From positions 1,120,001-1,184,000 of the forward strand of contig JBJMOW010000005.1 of NCBI GenBank assembly GCA_045803545.1: 64,000 nt of DNA, in the 5' to 3' direction. Positions 1 through 9,745 of the stretch are shown here, piece after piece. The notes beneath the pieces were generated by a model. It had not been told where the DNA came from. It did not search any database and saw nothing but the letters and a program-made list of their open reading frames with translations. The DNA is from Gemmatimonadaceae bacterium (lineage in GTDB: Bacteria > Gemmatimonadota > Gemmatimonadetes > Gemmatimonadales > Gemmatimonadaceae). The translations under genes and the position numbers were made by a program. Position 1 is the stretch's first letter; each line of letters begins with the position of its first letter.

Positions 1-770
1 ACCTTTGGAAGATTCCGCGCGCCGTCCTTCACTTCTCCGCCGACGAAGCTCACATCGGCCCAACCGTCATAGACCCACAACACCGATACGAGCGCCAGAC
101 CAAACTTTCCAAAGGAAAAGCTGCCCGCCGGAAATGCGGGCGTGAAGTGACCGCCTGTCCTGGGTAGGCCGATTGCGAGCGCCAGCACGATGATGAGCAC
201 GAGAGCGCCAGTCTTGGCCAGCGTTGTAACGTTCTGAACGAGCGATCCCCAACGCAGCCCGACGTAGTTGAAGACCGCGGTGAAGATGATTGCGGCCGCA
301 GCGATGAAGTGGACGTAGCCGCTATAAGGACTGAGGCCTGGGTCGTGGCCGAGGACGCGCAGCAAGTACTCAGCAAAGGTCGTCGAGATGGCGCCGAGGG
401 CGGCGGCGCGGATGATCACCAGCTCCGACCAGCCAAAGAGAAATGCGGGTAGTCTGCCCCAGGACTCGCGAATGAAGACGTAGACGCCGCCCGTCCTTGG
501 AAAGGCGCCGGCAACTTCAGCCAGCGTCAGCGCGCCACAGAGCGCGAACAGACCACCGGTGAGCCAGATAGCGAGGAGCGGCAGCGGGCCGGGAAGCTTG
601 TTCGCGAGGCTCGCTGGCGAGCGAAAAATTCCGGAGCCGATTGTCGAGCCGACGAGAACCGCGATCGCGCTCCACATCCCGAGCTGTCGTGGCAACGCCG
701 AGGCGCGCTCGAATTGTTCGTCGCTATTCGGCGGCGACGAGAATCTCTCGACCGGCATCGGGTCAGCCAT
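1..770 (-). CDS. APC-family amino acid permease (3' end runs off window)
   Basis: Manual translation from ATG at 770: MADPMP...LPRQLGMWSAIAVLVGSTIGSGIFRSP...GGVYVFIRESWGRLPAFLFGW; typical APC GSGIF motif. Absent from the ORF track because it is truncated. Confidence 0.85.
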   Translation of the reverse strand, partial: MADPMPVERFSSPPNSDEQFERASALPRQLGMWSAIAVLVGSTIGSGIFRSPASLANKLPGPLPLLAIWLTGGLFALCGALTLAEVAGAFPRTGGVYVFIRESWGRLPAFLFGWSELVIIRAAALGAISTTFAEYLLRVLGHDPGLSPYSGYVHFIAAAAIIFTAVFNYVGLRWGSLVQNVTTLAKTGALVLIIVLALAIGLPRTGGHFTPAFPAGSFSFGKFGLALVSVLWVYDGWADVSFVGGEVKDGARNLPK

Positions 771-900
771 TGCGGGAAGCGGGAAGGGGTAAGCGGGACG
801 CGGCTGCTGACTCTTACGGTAGTGCAAAGGCACATTATCCGCGAGTAGCTTTAACGGCGCTGCGAAATGTTCGCGCCGCCGCACACTTCACTTCCATTCA

Positions 901-1188
901 ATGAATCAGCCGCTGGCTGAGACAATCTTCTGGGTTGCCGCGCTCGCTTGCGCGGTGGCCGAGATCGCGATCCTCCGATCGCTCATTGCGCACCGGCGCG
1001 CGCAACATTCGAATCTGGTTCCCGCAGGTTCGCCGATCACTGAGCTGATTTGGGGAGTCGTGCCCGCAATCGGACTGGCGTTAGTGCTATTCTTCACCTG
1101 GCGGAGAATTCAGCTGCGCGATCATCACATGCAGATGGATCACAGCGCGCACCAGATGACTGCGTTGAGCGCCGACAGGCCGGATTGA
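901..1188 (+). CDS. Small membrane protein resembling the cytochrome c oxidase subunit II transmembrane region
   Basis: Two hydrophobic helices; ELIWGVVPAI resembles the CoxB EIIWTxxP motif; His-rich tail; ends 1 bp before ctaA. Confidence 0.55.
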   Translation: MNQPLAETIFWVAALACAVAEIAILRSLIAHRRAQHSNLVPAGSPITELIWGVVPAIGLALVLFFTWRRIQLRDHHMQMDHSAHQMTALSADRPD

Positions 1189-1189
1189 G

Positions 1190-2158
1190 ATGTTGACCGT
1201 CAGGCGAGTGGCTTATGTCGCGCTGATAATTGGCTTCGCCCAGGTCGTCTTCGGAGCCATTGTGCGCATCACCGGATCGGGCCTGGGCTGCGGGGATCAC
1301 TGGCCGGATTGCTATGGCGCGTACACGCCGACGAGCAATGCGACGCCCCATCTGGTCGAGATCTCACATCGCTACGGCGCAGCGGCGCTCTCGATAGCGA
1401 TCATAGTTTTGGCGCTAATCGCGCAGCGCCAGCGCGATGCGGAAGGAGTCGCGGGTCGCGGCGGTGCGCTGCGTCCGGCGTTGCTCGCAATGTTGCTTGT
1501 CATCGTCGCGGCGCTGTTTGGCGCAGTGACGGTCAAGATGGATCTCAAGCCGATTGTTGTGGTTACGCACCTCGCGATTGCGATGTCGCTGTTGGCCGTG
1601 CTGGTCGTGGCGGCGGTTAGAGCGGGGGGGTTTGGCGCCGCGCGTGTTCCGGCGCGCTACGAGAGAACGTTCCGTTCTGGGCGGGCTGCGATAGGCCTGA
1701 CTTTTCTGGCGCTGGTGTTTGGTGCGCTGACGGCGAACACCCCCGGCGCTCCGCAAGCGTGCCTCGGATTCCCATGGTGTCGCGTGGCCGCTGGAAGCGG
1801 GACACCATTCTGGATTCAGGTCACCCATCGCATCATCGCCTTACTGCTGCTCGGTCATCTCACCGGAATGTTCTTCGCGTCGAGGAAGCGGGGTGAATCA
1901 CCGGTGATCCGCCGGGCAACCGCCACGGCGCTCGGCGTCGTCGTGCTTCAGATCGTGGTCGCGGCGGCGATGGTCGAGATGAACCTGCCGGCGAGTTTCA
2001 GATCACTGCATCAGGCAGTCGGTACGGTGCTCTGGATTTCTGTGGTAGCGCTTACTGCCTTGGCGGCAGGCAGTCACGGAGTGACTGACATCGAGCGAAT
2101 CGCGTACGAGTCGCCATCGCGCGGCGAATTCGCCACACCGGAAGGAGTCAGCACGTGA
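1190..2158 (+). CDS. ctaA: Heme A synthase (COX15/CtaA family)
   Basis: GAIVRITGSGLGCGDHWPDC, EISHR, second HR motif, about 8 TM helices. Confidence 0.9.
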   Translation: MLTVRRVAYVALIIGFAQVVFGAIVRITGSGLGCGDHWPDCYGAYTPTSNATPHLVEISHRYGAAALSIAIIVLALIAQRQRDAEGVAGRGGALRPALLAMLLVIVAALFGAVTVKMDLKPIVVVTHLAIAMSLLAVLVVAAVRAGGFGAARVPARYERTFRSGRAAIGLTFLALVFGALTANTPGAPQACLGFPWCRVAAGSGTPFWIQVTHRIIALLLLGHLTGMFFASRKRGESPVIRRATATALGVVVLQIVVAAAMVEMNLPASFRSLHQAVGTVLWISVVALTALAAGSHGVTDIERIAYESPSRGEFATPEGVST

Positions 2159-3051
2159 CCGAAGTCCGCGCTCACGAGCAGGCGCATTCGTCACTCCTGC
2201 GTGACATGGTGACTCTGACCAAGCCGCGCATCATCTCGCTGCTGCTGGTCACGACGGTGGCGCCGATGTTCGTGGCCGGCAATCCAACCTGGTTGTCGGT
2301 GGTGATAGTGCTCATCGGTGGCTATCTGATGGCCGGCGGAGCGAACGCGGTCAACATGTATCTGGATCGCGACATCGACACCCAGATGTCCCGCACAAGA
2401 CTGCGGCCGATTCCGAGCGGACGCATGGGACCGAAAGCAGTACTCGCATTCGGTATCGCACTCGCAACGGCTGCCACCTACATCCTGGCCCGTTTCACCA
2501 ACGTTCTGACGGCCGTACTCGCGCTCGCGGGCTTCTATTTCTACGTCTTCGTGTACACACGCTGGCTCAAGCGGACGACGCCGCAGAACATCGTGATCGG
2601 CGGCGCCGCCGGTGCTTTTCCTCCGCTCGTCGGATGGGCCGCGATGACGGGCACTCTCGATCTCACCGCCGTCTATCTCTTCCTGATCGTGTTTTACTGG
2701 ACGCCTCCTCATTTCTGGGCGCTGGCGCTGTTGAAGCAGAAAGACTACGGTCGCGCCGGAGTACCGATGGCGCCGCTCGTCTGGGGCGAACGCGAGACCA
2801 TGCGCCAGATGCTCTGGTACAACGTCATTTTGATCGTCCTGACGCTCCTCCCCTTCGCCTTCGGGGCATTTGGCATCATCTACTTTGCCTCTGCACTGGT
2901 GCTCGGTGTTCTTCTACTCCTCGGCGTCATCAGAATCATGACGACGCCTGAATGGACGAAGCCGGCGTGGCAGGTCTACAAATTCTCGCTGCTCTACCTC
3001 GCACTGCTCTTTCTGGCGATGGTGATCGACCGCAAGGTTTTTCTGGCGTGA
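2155..3051 (+). CDS. ctaB: Heme O synthase (protoheme IX farnesyltransferase)
   Basis: LTKPRII, NMYLDRDIDTQMSRTRLRP, WLKRTTPQNIVIGG, WTPPHFWAL motifs. Confidence 0.95.
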   Translation: MTEVRAHEQAHSSLLRDMVTLTKPRIISLLLVTTVAPMFVAGNPTWLSVVIVLIGGYLMAGGANAVNMYLDRDIDTQMSRTRLRPIPSGRMGPKAVLAFGIALATAATYILARFTNVLTAVLALAGFYFYVFVYTRWLKRTTPQNIVIGGAAGAFPPLVGWAAMTGTLDLTAVYLFLIVFYWTPPHFWALALLKQKDYGRAGVPMAPLVWGERETMRQMLWYNVILIVLTLLPFAFGAFGIIYFASALVLGVLLLLGVIRIMTTPEWTKPAWQVYKFSLLYLALLFLAMVIDRKVFLA

Positions 3052-4883
3052 CATCGCCGCCGCCATTCGCCGTCTCCGCGCAGCGACCGACGCCGCGCGC
3101 CACCGAGCCAGTGTCGTCTCCCCGTCCGCTGGGCAGACTGCTGCCGAGGATTCGGCCGTACATATGGCGGCTCGTACTCGCATTCGTCTGCCTTGTCCTC
3201 AGTGCGAGCATCGCACTCGCTTTCCCGCAAATCGTCCGGCATCTGCTGGACGCCGCCTTCATTTCGGCGAATCAATCACTGCTCAATCGCATCGCGATGA
3301 GTTTGCTCCTGCTGTTTGCCTTGCAGGCGCTGCTCAACTTCGTCCAGGTCTATCTCCTCACTTCAACCTCGGAGCTGGTGATTGCGAAGCTGCGAGAAGA
3401 GCTGTTCGCGCATCTGGTCAGGCTCTCGCCAGGTTTCTTCACCGAGCGGCGGACCGGTGAGCTGACCAGCCGGCTCTCGTCCGACACCACGGTGTTGCAG
3501 ACGGTGCTCAGCTACAATCTGTCGGAGTTCGCGCGGCAGTCATTGTTCCTCGTTGGCGGAATCATCCTGCTGATTCTTACCAACACCAGTCTCACCGCGA
3601 CGACGCTCGCCGTGGTGCCGATCGTCGTCGGTGCGGCGCTGGTGTTCGGACGCGCGCTTCGCCGCGCCAGCACCGGAGTACAGGATCGCATTGCGGAGGC
3701 GACCGGAACGGCCGATGAAGCCTTTTCGCAAATCAAAACGGTTCAGAGCTATACCGCAGAGGCAGAAGAGGTCCGCCGTTACGGATCGCATCTGACCGAA
3801 GTGGTCTCAGCTGCCCTTCGACGAGCCAGAATTCGCGGAACGTTTTTCGGGATTCTTACTTTCTGCGGTTTCGGCGGAGTCGTCGCCGTCCTGTGGCAGG
3901 GCGGTCGGCAGGTACTGCAGGGAAGTCTGACCGCAGGCGCACTCGTTTCCTTCCTGCTCTACGCACTCTACGTGGCTGGTGCGGTCGGCTCCCTCGCGTC
4001 GTTGTTCGGCGCGTATCAGGAAGCGGTCGGCGCGGCTCGCCGAGTATTCGACATGCTGGGAGCGGAGTCGGATGTAAAGGATCCGGTGCGCCCGCTCAAG
4101 CTGCCACATCCTCTACGTGGAGAAGTGGTCTTCAACAATGTCACTTTCCGCTACAACGACGGACTTCCTGATGTTCTGCAGGATGTCTCGCTGAGGATCG
4201 GCGCCGGCGAAGTCGTCGCGCTGGTCGGTCCGAGCGGCGCGGGTAAAACCACCATCGCGTCGCTGCTTCCACGTTTCTGGGATGTCACATCAGGGCGAAT
4301 CACCTTCGATGGCTTCGACATCAAAGATCTTTCACTGTCTGATCTACGAGGAGCGATCGGTATCGTGCCGCAGGAGCCGACACTTTTCAGCGGCACCATC
4401 CGAGAGAACATCGCATACGCGGGTATAGATGCCGACGGCAATCGGCCGGACGAGGAATCGATCCGCACAGCCGCGAAAGCTGCGCACGCGATGGAGTTCA
4501 TCGAGCGACTGCCGGACGGCTTCGATACGAGAGTCGGCGAGCGCGGCGTCAAGCTTTCCGGTGGCCAACGCCAGCGCATCGCCATTGCCCGTGTCTTTCT
4601 CAAGGATCCCGCGCTCGTGATCCTCGATGAGGCAACCTCGAGCCTCGACAGTGAGAGCGAGCGACTGGTCGAGCAGGCGATGGAAGATCTGTTGCGCGCG
4701 CGATCGACTTTGATCATCGCACACCGGCTGAGCACGGTGCTGCGCGCGGATCGGCTAGTGGTTATCGACCGCGGAGTAATCGTCGAGGAGGGTAAGCATT
4801 CCGAGCTTCTCGCTTCGGAGGGAGTGTACTCGAGGCTGTATCGCGGGCAGTTCCGGCCCGGCGACATCCTCGTCGCAGACTAG
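3048..4883 (+). CDS. ABC transporter, fused permease/ATP-binding (MsbA-like exporter)
   Basis: TM domain plus Walker A GPSGAGKT, LSGGQRQR signature, ILDEATS; GTG at 3048 overlaps the ctaB stop (GTGA). Confidence 0.9.
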   Translation: MTSPPPFAVSAQRPTPRATEPVSSPRPLGRLLPRIRPYIWRLVLAFVCLVLSASIALAFPQIVRHLLDAAFISANQSLLNRIAMSLLLLFALQALLNFVQVYLLTSTSELVIAKLREELFAHLVRLSPGFFTERRTGELTSRLSSDTTVLQTVLSYNLSEFARQSLFLVGGIILLILTNTSLTATTLAVVPIVVGAALVFGRALRRASTGVQDRIAEATGTADEAFSQIKTVQSYTAEAEEVRRYGSHLTEVVSAALRRARIRGTFFGILTFCGFGGVVAVLWQGGRQVLQGSLTAGALVSFLLYALYVAGAVGSLASLFGAYQEAVGAARRVFDMLGAESDVKDPVRPLKLPHPLRGEVVFNNVTFRYNDGLPDVLQDVSLRIGAGEVVALVGPSGAGKTTIASLLPRFWDVTSGRITFDGFDIKDLSLSDLRGAIGIVPQEPTLFSGTIRENIAYAGIDADGNRPDEESIRTAAKAAHAMEFIERLPDGFDTRVGERGVKLSGGQRQRIAIARVFLKDPALVILDEATSSLDSESERLVEQAMEDLLRARSTLIIAHRLSTVLRADRLVVIDRGVIVEEGKHSELLASEGVYSRLYRGQFRPGDILVAD

Positions 4884-4884
4884 T

Positions 4885-5838
4885 CTATTTCCGAAGCGTG
4901 TCCGGCGTACTCGAAGCCGCCGGAGTACTCGACGCTGCTGGCGGCGTACTCGAAGCCGCAGGGGGTACGACAGCCGGCACCGGCGCAGCTGCTCCCGCGG
5001 CCGGCCGAATGTGGAATGCGACGGTGGTCTGCTGGCCCGCATTTACCGTCACGCTGTCATCGACGAAGCCGAGGCTCGGGTGCCACGAGCGGACGCGATA
5101 CTTGCCCGCCGGAATGCCGTCGATCGTAAACGTACCGGCCTTCGAGGTCTGCGCATAATACGGGTGGTCGAGCACCGCAATCCAGGCGTGCGTCCACGGG
5201 TGTTGCTCGCAAACAACCTCGACCTCCATCGGCTCTTTAAGCCGATCGATCGGAACCACTTCCCCATCGTCGTTGAACGGCGCGACCGCGGCGATCTCGC
5301 CGGTGCCGACGTTGATCAACTTGTTGGTGTGTAGCGCGCGATCGTCGTTGCTGACGTTGAGGGTGCTCGTTGTCGAGATCACCTGTACAAATGGATCGAG
5401 CACACATCCGTCGTTAGTCAGGTCGAACCTTCTCTCCAGCGGGAAGCCTTTACCGCTGCGGATATCCGTGAGCCAGACGATCGCGCCGACGACTTTCGTG
5501 CCCAACATCGTCAGGTTGTTGGCGGTAATGCTATTGCCGCACACATTGGCATCGCTGGTCGGCCGAATCACCTGCGGCGCCGGCGGAGCTCCGTCGAAGT
5601 CGACTGTTCCGGTGATCGCTCCTCCGGCAGAGACAGAAACGACCTTGTATGGCTGTGACACGGACGCGACAACCGACGGCCGTGGCGCAACACCGTCGCC
5701 GCCACCCGACGCGTTTTTGCGAGGATGAGCCGACGCTGTGTCGTCGCGCGAACAGGAAACCGTCGCGGCGAGAATTATCGAGAAGCCGAAAAATCGGCGG
5801 AGCATTTTTATCGTACCGAGGTTATTTCGCGACATCAA
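4885..5838 (-). CDS. Exported lipoprotein with carboxypeptidase-regulatory-like and cupredoxin-like domains
   Basis: Signal/lipobox ATVSC; GAITGTVDF, CEQHPW, GTFTIDGIPAGKY; Pro/Ala/Ser-rich tail. Confidence 0.65.
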   Translation of the reverse strand: MMSRNNLGTIKMLRRFFGFSIILAATVSCSRDDTASAHPRKNASGGGDGVAPRPSVVASVSQPYKVVSVSAGGAITGTVDFDGAPPAPQVIRPTSDANVCGNSITANNLTMLGTKVVGAIVWLTDIRSGKGFPLERRFDLTNDGCVLDPFVQVISTTSTLNVSNDDRALHTNKLINVGTGEIAAVAPFNDDGEVVPIDRLKEPMEVEVVCEQHPWTHAWIAVLDHPYYAQTSKAGTFTIDGIPAGKYRVRSWHPSLGFVDDSVTVNAGQQTTVAFHIRPAAGAAAPVPAVVPPAASSTPPAASSTPAASSTPDTLRK

Positions 5839-5859
5839 AGGGCAAGCGATGTGCCGAGG

Positions 5860-7536
5860 TTATTTCGCCTGATAAACCGGCTTCCCTCCTATCCAGGTGG
5901 AAATTACTCGGGCACCGAGGATTTCCGTGTCCGGCACCTTCATGATGTCGCGATCCAGCACCACGAAGTCGGCGTACTTCCCGGGCGTGAGGGAGCCGAG
6001 GATTTTCTCCTGAAAACCGGCGTAGGCCGGCCAAATCGTCATGGACTGAAGAGCTTCTTCGCGAGTCATCTTCTGGTCCGGATACCAACCGCCCGCCGGC
6101 CAGTTCGTCGGATCCTGTCGTGTGATAGCCGCATGAAAGGTGAGCAACGGGTTGACCTCTTCGACCGGGAAATCTGTCCCGTTCGGAATTATCACGCCGG
6201 TGTTCAACAACGATCTCCACGCGTAGGCGCCGCGAATTCTCTGGGGCCCTACTCTCGCCTCGGCCCAGCGCATGTCGCTCGTTTGATGGGTCGCCTGCAT
6301 TGACGGGATGACGCCGAGCTGAGCGAAGCGCGGAATGTCCTGAGGGCTCACCACCTGCGCGTGTTCGATGCGGAACCGATGATCGGCCTTGGGATATTTG
6401 TGAAGCGCAGTCTCGAATGCATCGAGCACGATGCGATTGCCGCGATCGCCGATGGCGTGGACGTTTACCTGAAATCCACGCTGCAAGGCGACCTCCGCCC
6501 ACGCTTCGATGTGCTCAGGACGTGAGACGAGCAATCCGGAATTCGTCGGCTCGTCGCTGTACGGAGCGAGTAGCGCTGCGCCACGGGAGCCCAGCGCGCC
6601 GTCGGCGTAGAGTTTAAGAGCGCGGACCCAGAGATGAGCATCGTACAACGCCGTTTGCGGTCCGCGCTCGATATACGGATTCCGGAGTGCGGCGGCAGAG
6701 TTCGGCTCGCCGGGATCGCTGATCATCACGTAGTTGCGCAGCGAGTAATTGCCTGCCTTAGCCAGCTCCTCGTAAATCGAGATCGTTTGCGCGTTTTCGC
6801 CGGGATCGTGAATTCCAGTCAGACCCCAGCGATTTGCTTCAGCGATCGCCGCGAGAATCGCAGATCTGGTCTGGGCGCGCGTCGCGGCCGGAATTGCACG
6901 GTCGATCAGGTCCTGCGCGTTGTCCACGAAGACACCCGAAGGCTGCCCCGAAGCATCGCGAATTATGCGGCCACCCGCCGGATCGTGAGTCGCCGACGTA
7001 ACTCCCGCCAGCTGCATCGCTTTCGCATTGGCGAGCAACGCATGGCCATCGATGCGACCGAGCACAACGGGATTGTCGGGAAAAGCGCGCGAGAGCGCAT
7101 CCTGTGTTGGAAACTCCTTGGCTGCCCAGCGATTCTGATCCCAGCCACGTCCCTGAATCCACTGGCCAGGCTTGACGTCTTTCACGAAGGATTTCACGCG
7201 CGAAATCACTTCGTCGTATGATGTCGATCCGGCGAGATTGACGCGCTGCAGCATTGTCCCAAGGCCGAGCAGGTGTGCGTGCGCATCCGTAAAGCCGGGA
7301 TAGACCGCAGACCCGTGCAGATCGACGACTCGTGTCGACGGCCTGACGAGCGCTCGCGCCTCGGCGTCCGACCCGACAAACGTCACCTTGCCGTCGCGGA
7401 CCGCCATCGCCGTTACGACAGGTCGTGCATTATCGACGGTATAGATACGACCATTTGTGAGAACGAGATCTGCCTGCGCATGAAGCGCAACTGGTGCGAT
7501 TGCGCAGAGTGCGAGGTAGGTTGAGAGACGTTTCAT
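5860..7536 (-). CDS. Amidohydrolase 3 family (YtcJ-like), secreted
   Basis: PGFTDAHAH, HAIGDRG, RIEHAQ, GTDFPVE motifs; signal peptide begins at ATG 7536 (MKRLSTYLALCAIAPVALHA). Confidence 0.9.
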   Translation of the reverse strand: MKRLSTYLALCAIAPVALHAQADLVLTNGRIYTVDNARPVVTAMAVRDGKVTFVGSDAEARALVRPSTRVVDLHGSAVYPGFTDAHAHLLGLGTMLQRVNLAGSTSYDEVISRVKSFVKDVKPGQWIQGRGWDQNRWAAKEFPTQDALSRAFPDNPVVLGRIDGHALLANAKAMQLAGVTSATHDPAGGRIIRDASGQPSGVFVDNAQDLIDRAIPAATRAQTRSAILAAIAEANRWGLTGIHDPGENAQTISIYEELAKAGNYSLRNYVMISDPGEPNSAAALRNPYIERGPQTALYDAHLWVRALKLYADGALGSRGAALLAPYSDEPTNSGLLVSRPEHIEAWAEVALQRGFQVNVHAIGDRGNRIVLDAFETALHKYPKADHRFRIEHAQVVSPQDIPRFAQLGVIPSMQATHQTSDMRWAEARVGPQRIRGAYAWRSLLNTGVIIPNGTDFPVEEVNPLLTFHAAITRQDPTNWPAGGWYPDQKMTREEALQSMTIWPAYAGFQEKILGSLTPGKYADFVVLDRDIMKVPDTEILGARVISTWIGGKPVYQAK

Positions 7537-7573
7537 GAACGCGGAGTTTAAGAGCCTGCGCACACCTGTCCAG

Positions 7574-8581
7574 ATGCTCGCGATCACCGGAAAGCAATTC
7601 AGACTGCTCTCGATCATTCTAATCGGAGCGTGCGCGCAGTTGCCGCCGCAGCCGCGCATCCAGCCTGACTATTGGGGATTCACCGGACCATGGGATCCGC
7701 GCAGCGATCAGTCAGTAGACGCGCATGGCTCATCGCTGGCGAGGGTGATAACAGGCTGGATCGCGCTCGATACCACAAGCTTCCGGCCGGTCATGCTGTA
7801 CCCGGACACCGTCGGGATGACCGGGGCGATCGGCGCACGCAAGACAGCGCTAATCACGACGTACTTCGGAAGCCGCTTCCACCCGGAAATCGTTCGCGGG
7901 CTCGGCGACAATCCACAGGTTGCGGCGCTCACCGCCGGGAATATCGCGACGCTCGTTGACTCCGGTGATTATCGCGGGGTGGTGATCGATTTCGAAGGCA
8001 TGACGCCGCGCGATCTACATCAGTTGGTAACCGTAACCAAAGCGATCGCTGACTCCGTTCGAGCGCGTGGCGTGTTGACGGTGATAGCCGTGCCGAGCGG
8101 TGACACCGCCGCCTATCCGGCAGCGCTGTTGCTGCAGTCGGCGGATTACCTGATGCCGATTCTCTATGATCAGCATTGGAGCGCATCACCCCCCGGGCCA
8201 ATCGCGGCGCCTGATTGGGTCGCGCGCAATCTTGGAGTGCGAGTCGCCGAAGTTGGCGCGGCGAGAATCGTGGCCGCGCTCCCGGTTTACGGCTATCGCT
8301 GGCGCAAAGCGGCGGAGACCGAAGTCATCAGCTACGCCGACGCCAGACGATTGACGACGATGACAAATATTCCTCTCACCCGTGACCACGCCTCGGGTAC
8401 GCTGCACGCACTCTCGCCGGAAGGCTGGGAGATCTGGGTAACCGATCGAGCGCTGCTCGCGACGCTGGTGCGCGAAGCGCGACAGCTTGGCGTAACAACT
8501 TTTGCTTTGTGGCGACTTGGTCTCGAAGATCCCGCAGTTTGGGACCTGATCGGAGGTCAGACTACTATCAGCTCTTTCTGA
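7574..8581 (+). CDS. Glycoside hydrolase family 18-like lipoprotein
   Basis: GVVIDFEG, ILYDQH, PGPIA, LPVYGYRW, ALWRLGLED motifs; lipobox IGAC. Start uncertain (7535 or 7574). Confidence 0.75.
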   Translation: MLAITGKQFRLLSIILIGACAQLPPQPRIQPDYWGFTGPWDPRSDQSVDAHGSSLARVITGWIALDTTSFRPVMLYPDTVGMTGAIGARKTALITTYFGSRFHPEIVRGLGDNPQVAALTAGNIATLVDSGDYRGVVIDFEGMTPRDLHQLVTVTKAIADSVRARGVLTVIAVPSGDTAAYPAALLLQSADYLMPILYDQHWSASPPGPIAAPDWVARNLGVRVAEVGAARIVAALPVYGYRWRKAAETEVISYADARRLTTMTNIPLTRDHASGTLHALSPEGWEIWVTDRALLATLVREARQLGVTTFALWRLGLEDPAVWDLIGGQTTISSF

Positions 8582-9735
8582 TAGTCGGCGGGAGTGATCA
8601 GCACACCTTCGGTGCCGATGTAGGCGTTCACCTCGCTGCGCATTCCGACATCGTCCTGAAGGTAGACTCCCGGCTCGATCGAAAAACCGATGCCGGGAAT
8701 CAGGGTCCGGTCTTCTCGCGTCTCGAGGTTGTCGATGTGTGGGCCGGAGCCGTGAAGATCGCGCGGATCGATGGAGTGCCCGGTGCGATGAACGAAGAAC
8801 TCACCAAACCCCCGCTTGACGATAACGGCCCGCGCGGTGTCGTCGACTTCGCCGCCACTTACAGGCTTGTGCGTGGAGATTCTTTTTTCGAGGAGTGAGA
8901 TCGCTGCATCGCGCGCGTCACGTACTGCGAGCCAAACCGCCATGTCGCGGTCCGTCGGCTCGCCGAGTGATCCCATCCAGGTCTGATCGGCGAAGACACC
9001 GTCTTTCTCCTTCGCCCAGAGGTCAATCAGAAGCACGTCACCACGCTTGATCGTCGCCGACTGCTCGGCGGTCGGCTCATAGTGCGGATTCGCCGCGTTC
9101 GGCCCAATCGCGACGATCGGCCCGTGATCGGTTTCGAGTCCGCCGGCGGCGAATTTCTCTCTGATCCACGATGCCAACGCATATTCGGAAAGCGGCGATG
9201 CACTATCGGCGCGACTACCCGCGAGTCTGATCGCCTCCTGCCCAATCGTCGACACCGCGCGAGCTGCGCGCTCGTGCGACGAGCGCTGTTCGTCGCTCCA
9301 CACCGCGTAGAATCGGGAAACCAGATCGGCGGAGGTCATGACTGTCGCGCCTGCGTTCCGCACGAGCTCGATCACACCCGCTGGCACACGATCGAGATAA
9401 GGCACCGCGTCGCCGGGCGAATACTCCATCGCGACTTTCTTTCCCTGCACCAGCTCGCGAACCTTCGCCTCTAGCTCGCGCCAGCTACTGTAGCGCTCTT
9501 TCCCCCACGTCGATGGCCACGTTTTCCAGGGGCCCTGCTCGATATTGTGGGTGATTGCGGTCGGAGCGCCCTTGGCGGGCACATAGACGAAGAAGCGGCG
9601 GGTGGTCATCCCCTGCAGCTGCAGCATTCCGACCGCAATTGGATTGAGGCCATGGAAATCGTAAATCAGCCAGCCGTCTGCGCCGGCGTCACGAATGGCG
9701 GATTGAATCGCTGCGAGCGAAGTGCTGTCCAGCAA
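8557..9735 (-). CDS. Xaa-Pro peptidase, M24 family
   Basis: PHY, LLIDLW, HRTGHSI, FSIEPGVY, GMRSE motifs. Confidence 0.9.
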   Translation of the reverse strand: MLDSTSLAAIQSAIRDAGADGWLIYDFHGLNPIAVGMLQLQGMTTRRFFVYVPAKGAPTAITHNIEQGPWKTWPSTWGKERYSSWRELEAKVRELVQGKKVAMEYSPGDAVPYLDRVPAGVIELVRNAGATVMTSADLVSRFYAVWSDEQRSSHERAARAVSTIGQEAIRLAGSRADSASPLSEYALASWIREKFAAGGLETDHGPIVAIGPNAANPHYEPTAEQSATIKRGDVLLIDLWAKEKDGVFADQTWMGSLGEPTDRDMAVWLAVRDARDAAISLLEKRISTHKPVSGGEVDDTARAVIVKRGFGEFFVHRTGHSIDPRDLHGSGPHIDNLETREDRTLIPGIGFSIEPGVYLQDDVGMRSEVNAYIGTEGVLITPADYQKELIVV

Positions 9736-9745
9736 ACTGTCTCCT

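Noticed and set aside
4895..4990. Direct repeats encoding (P)AASSTP
   Set aside because: Low-complexity C-terminal tail of a protein, not a separate element.
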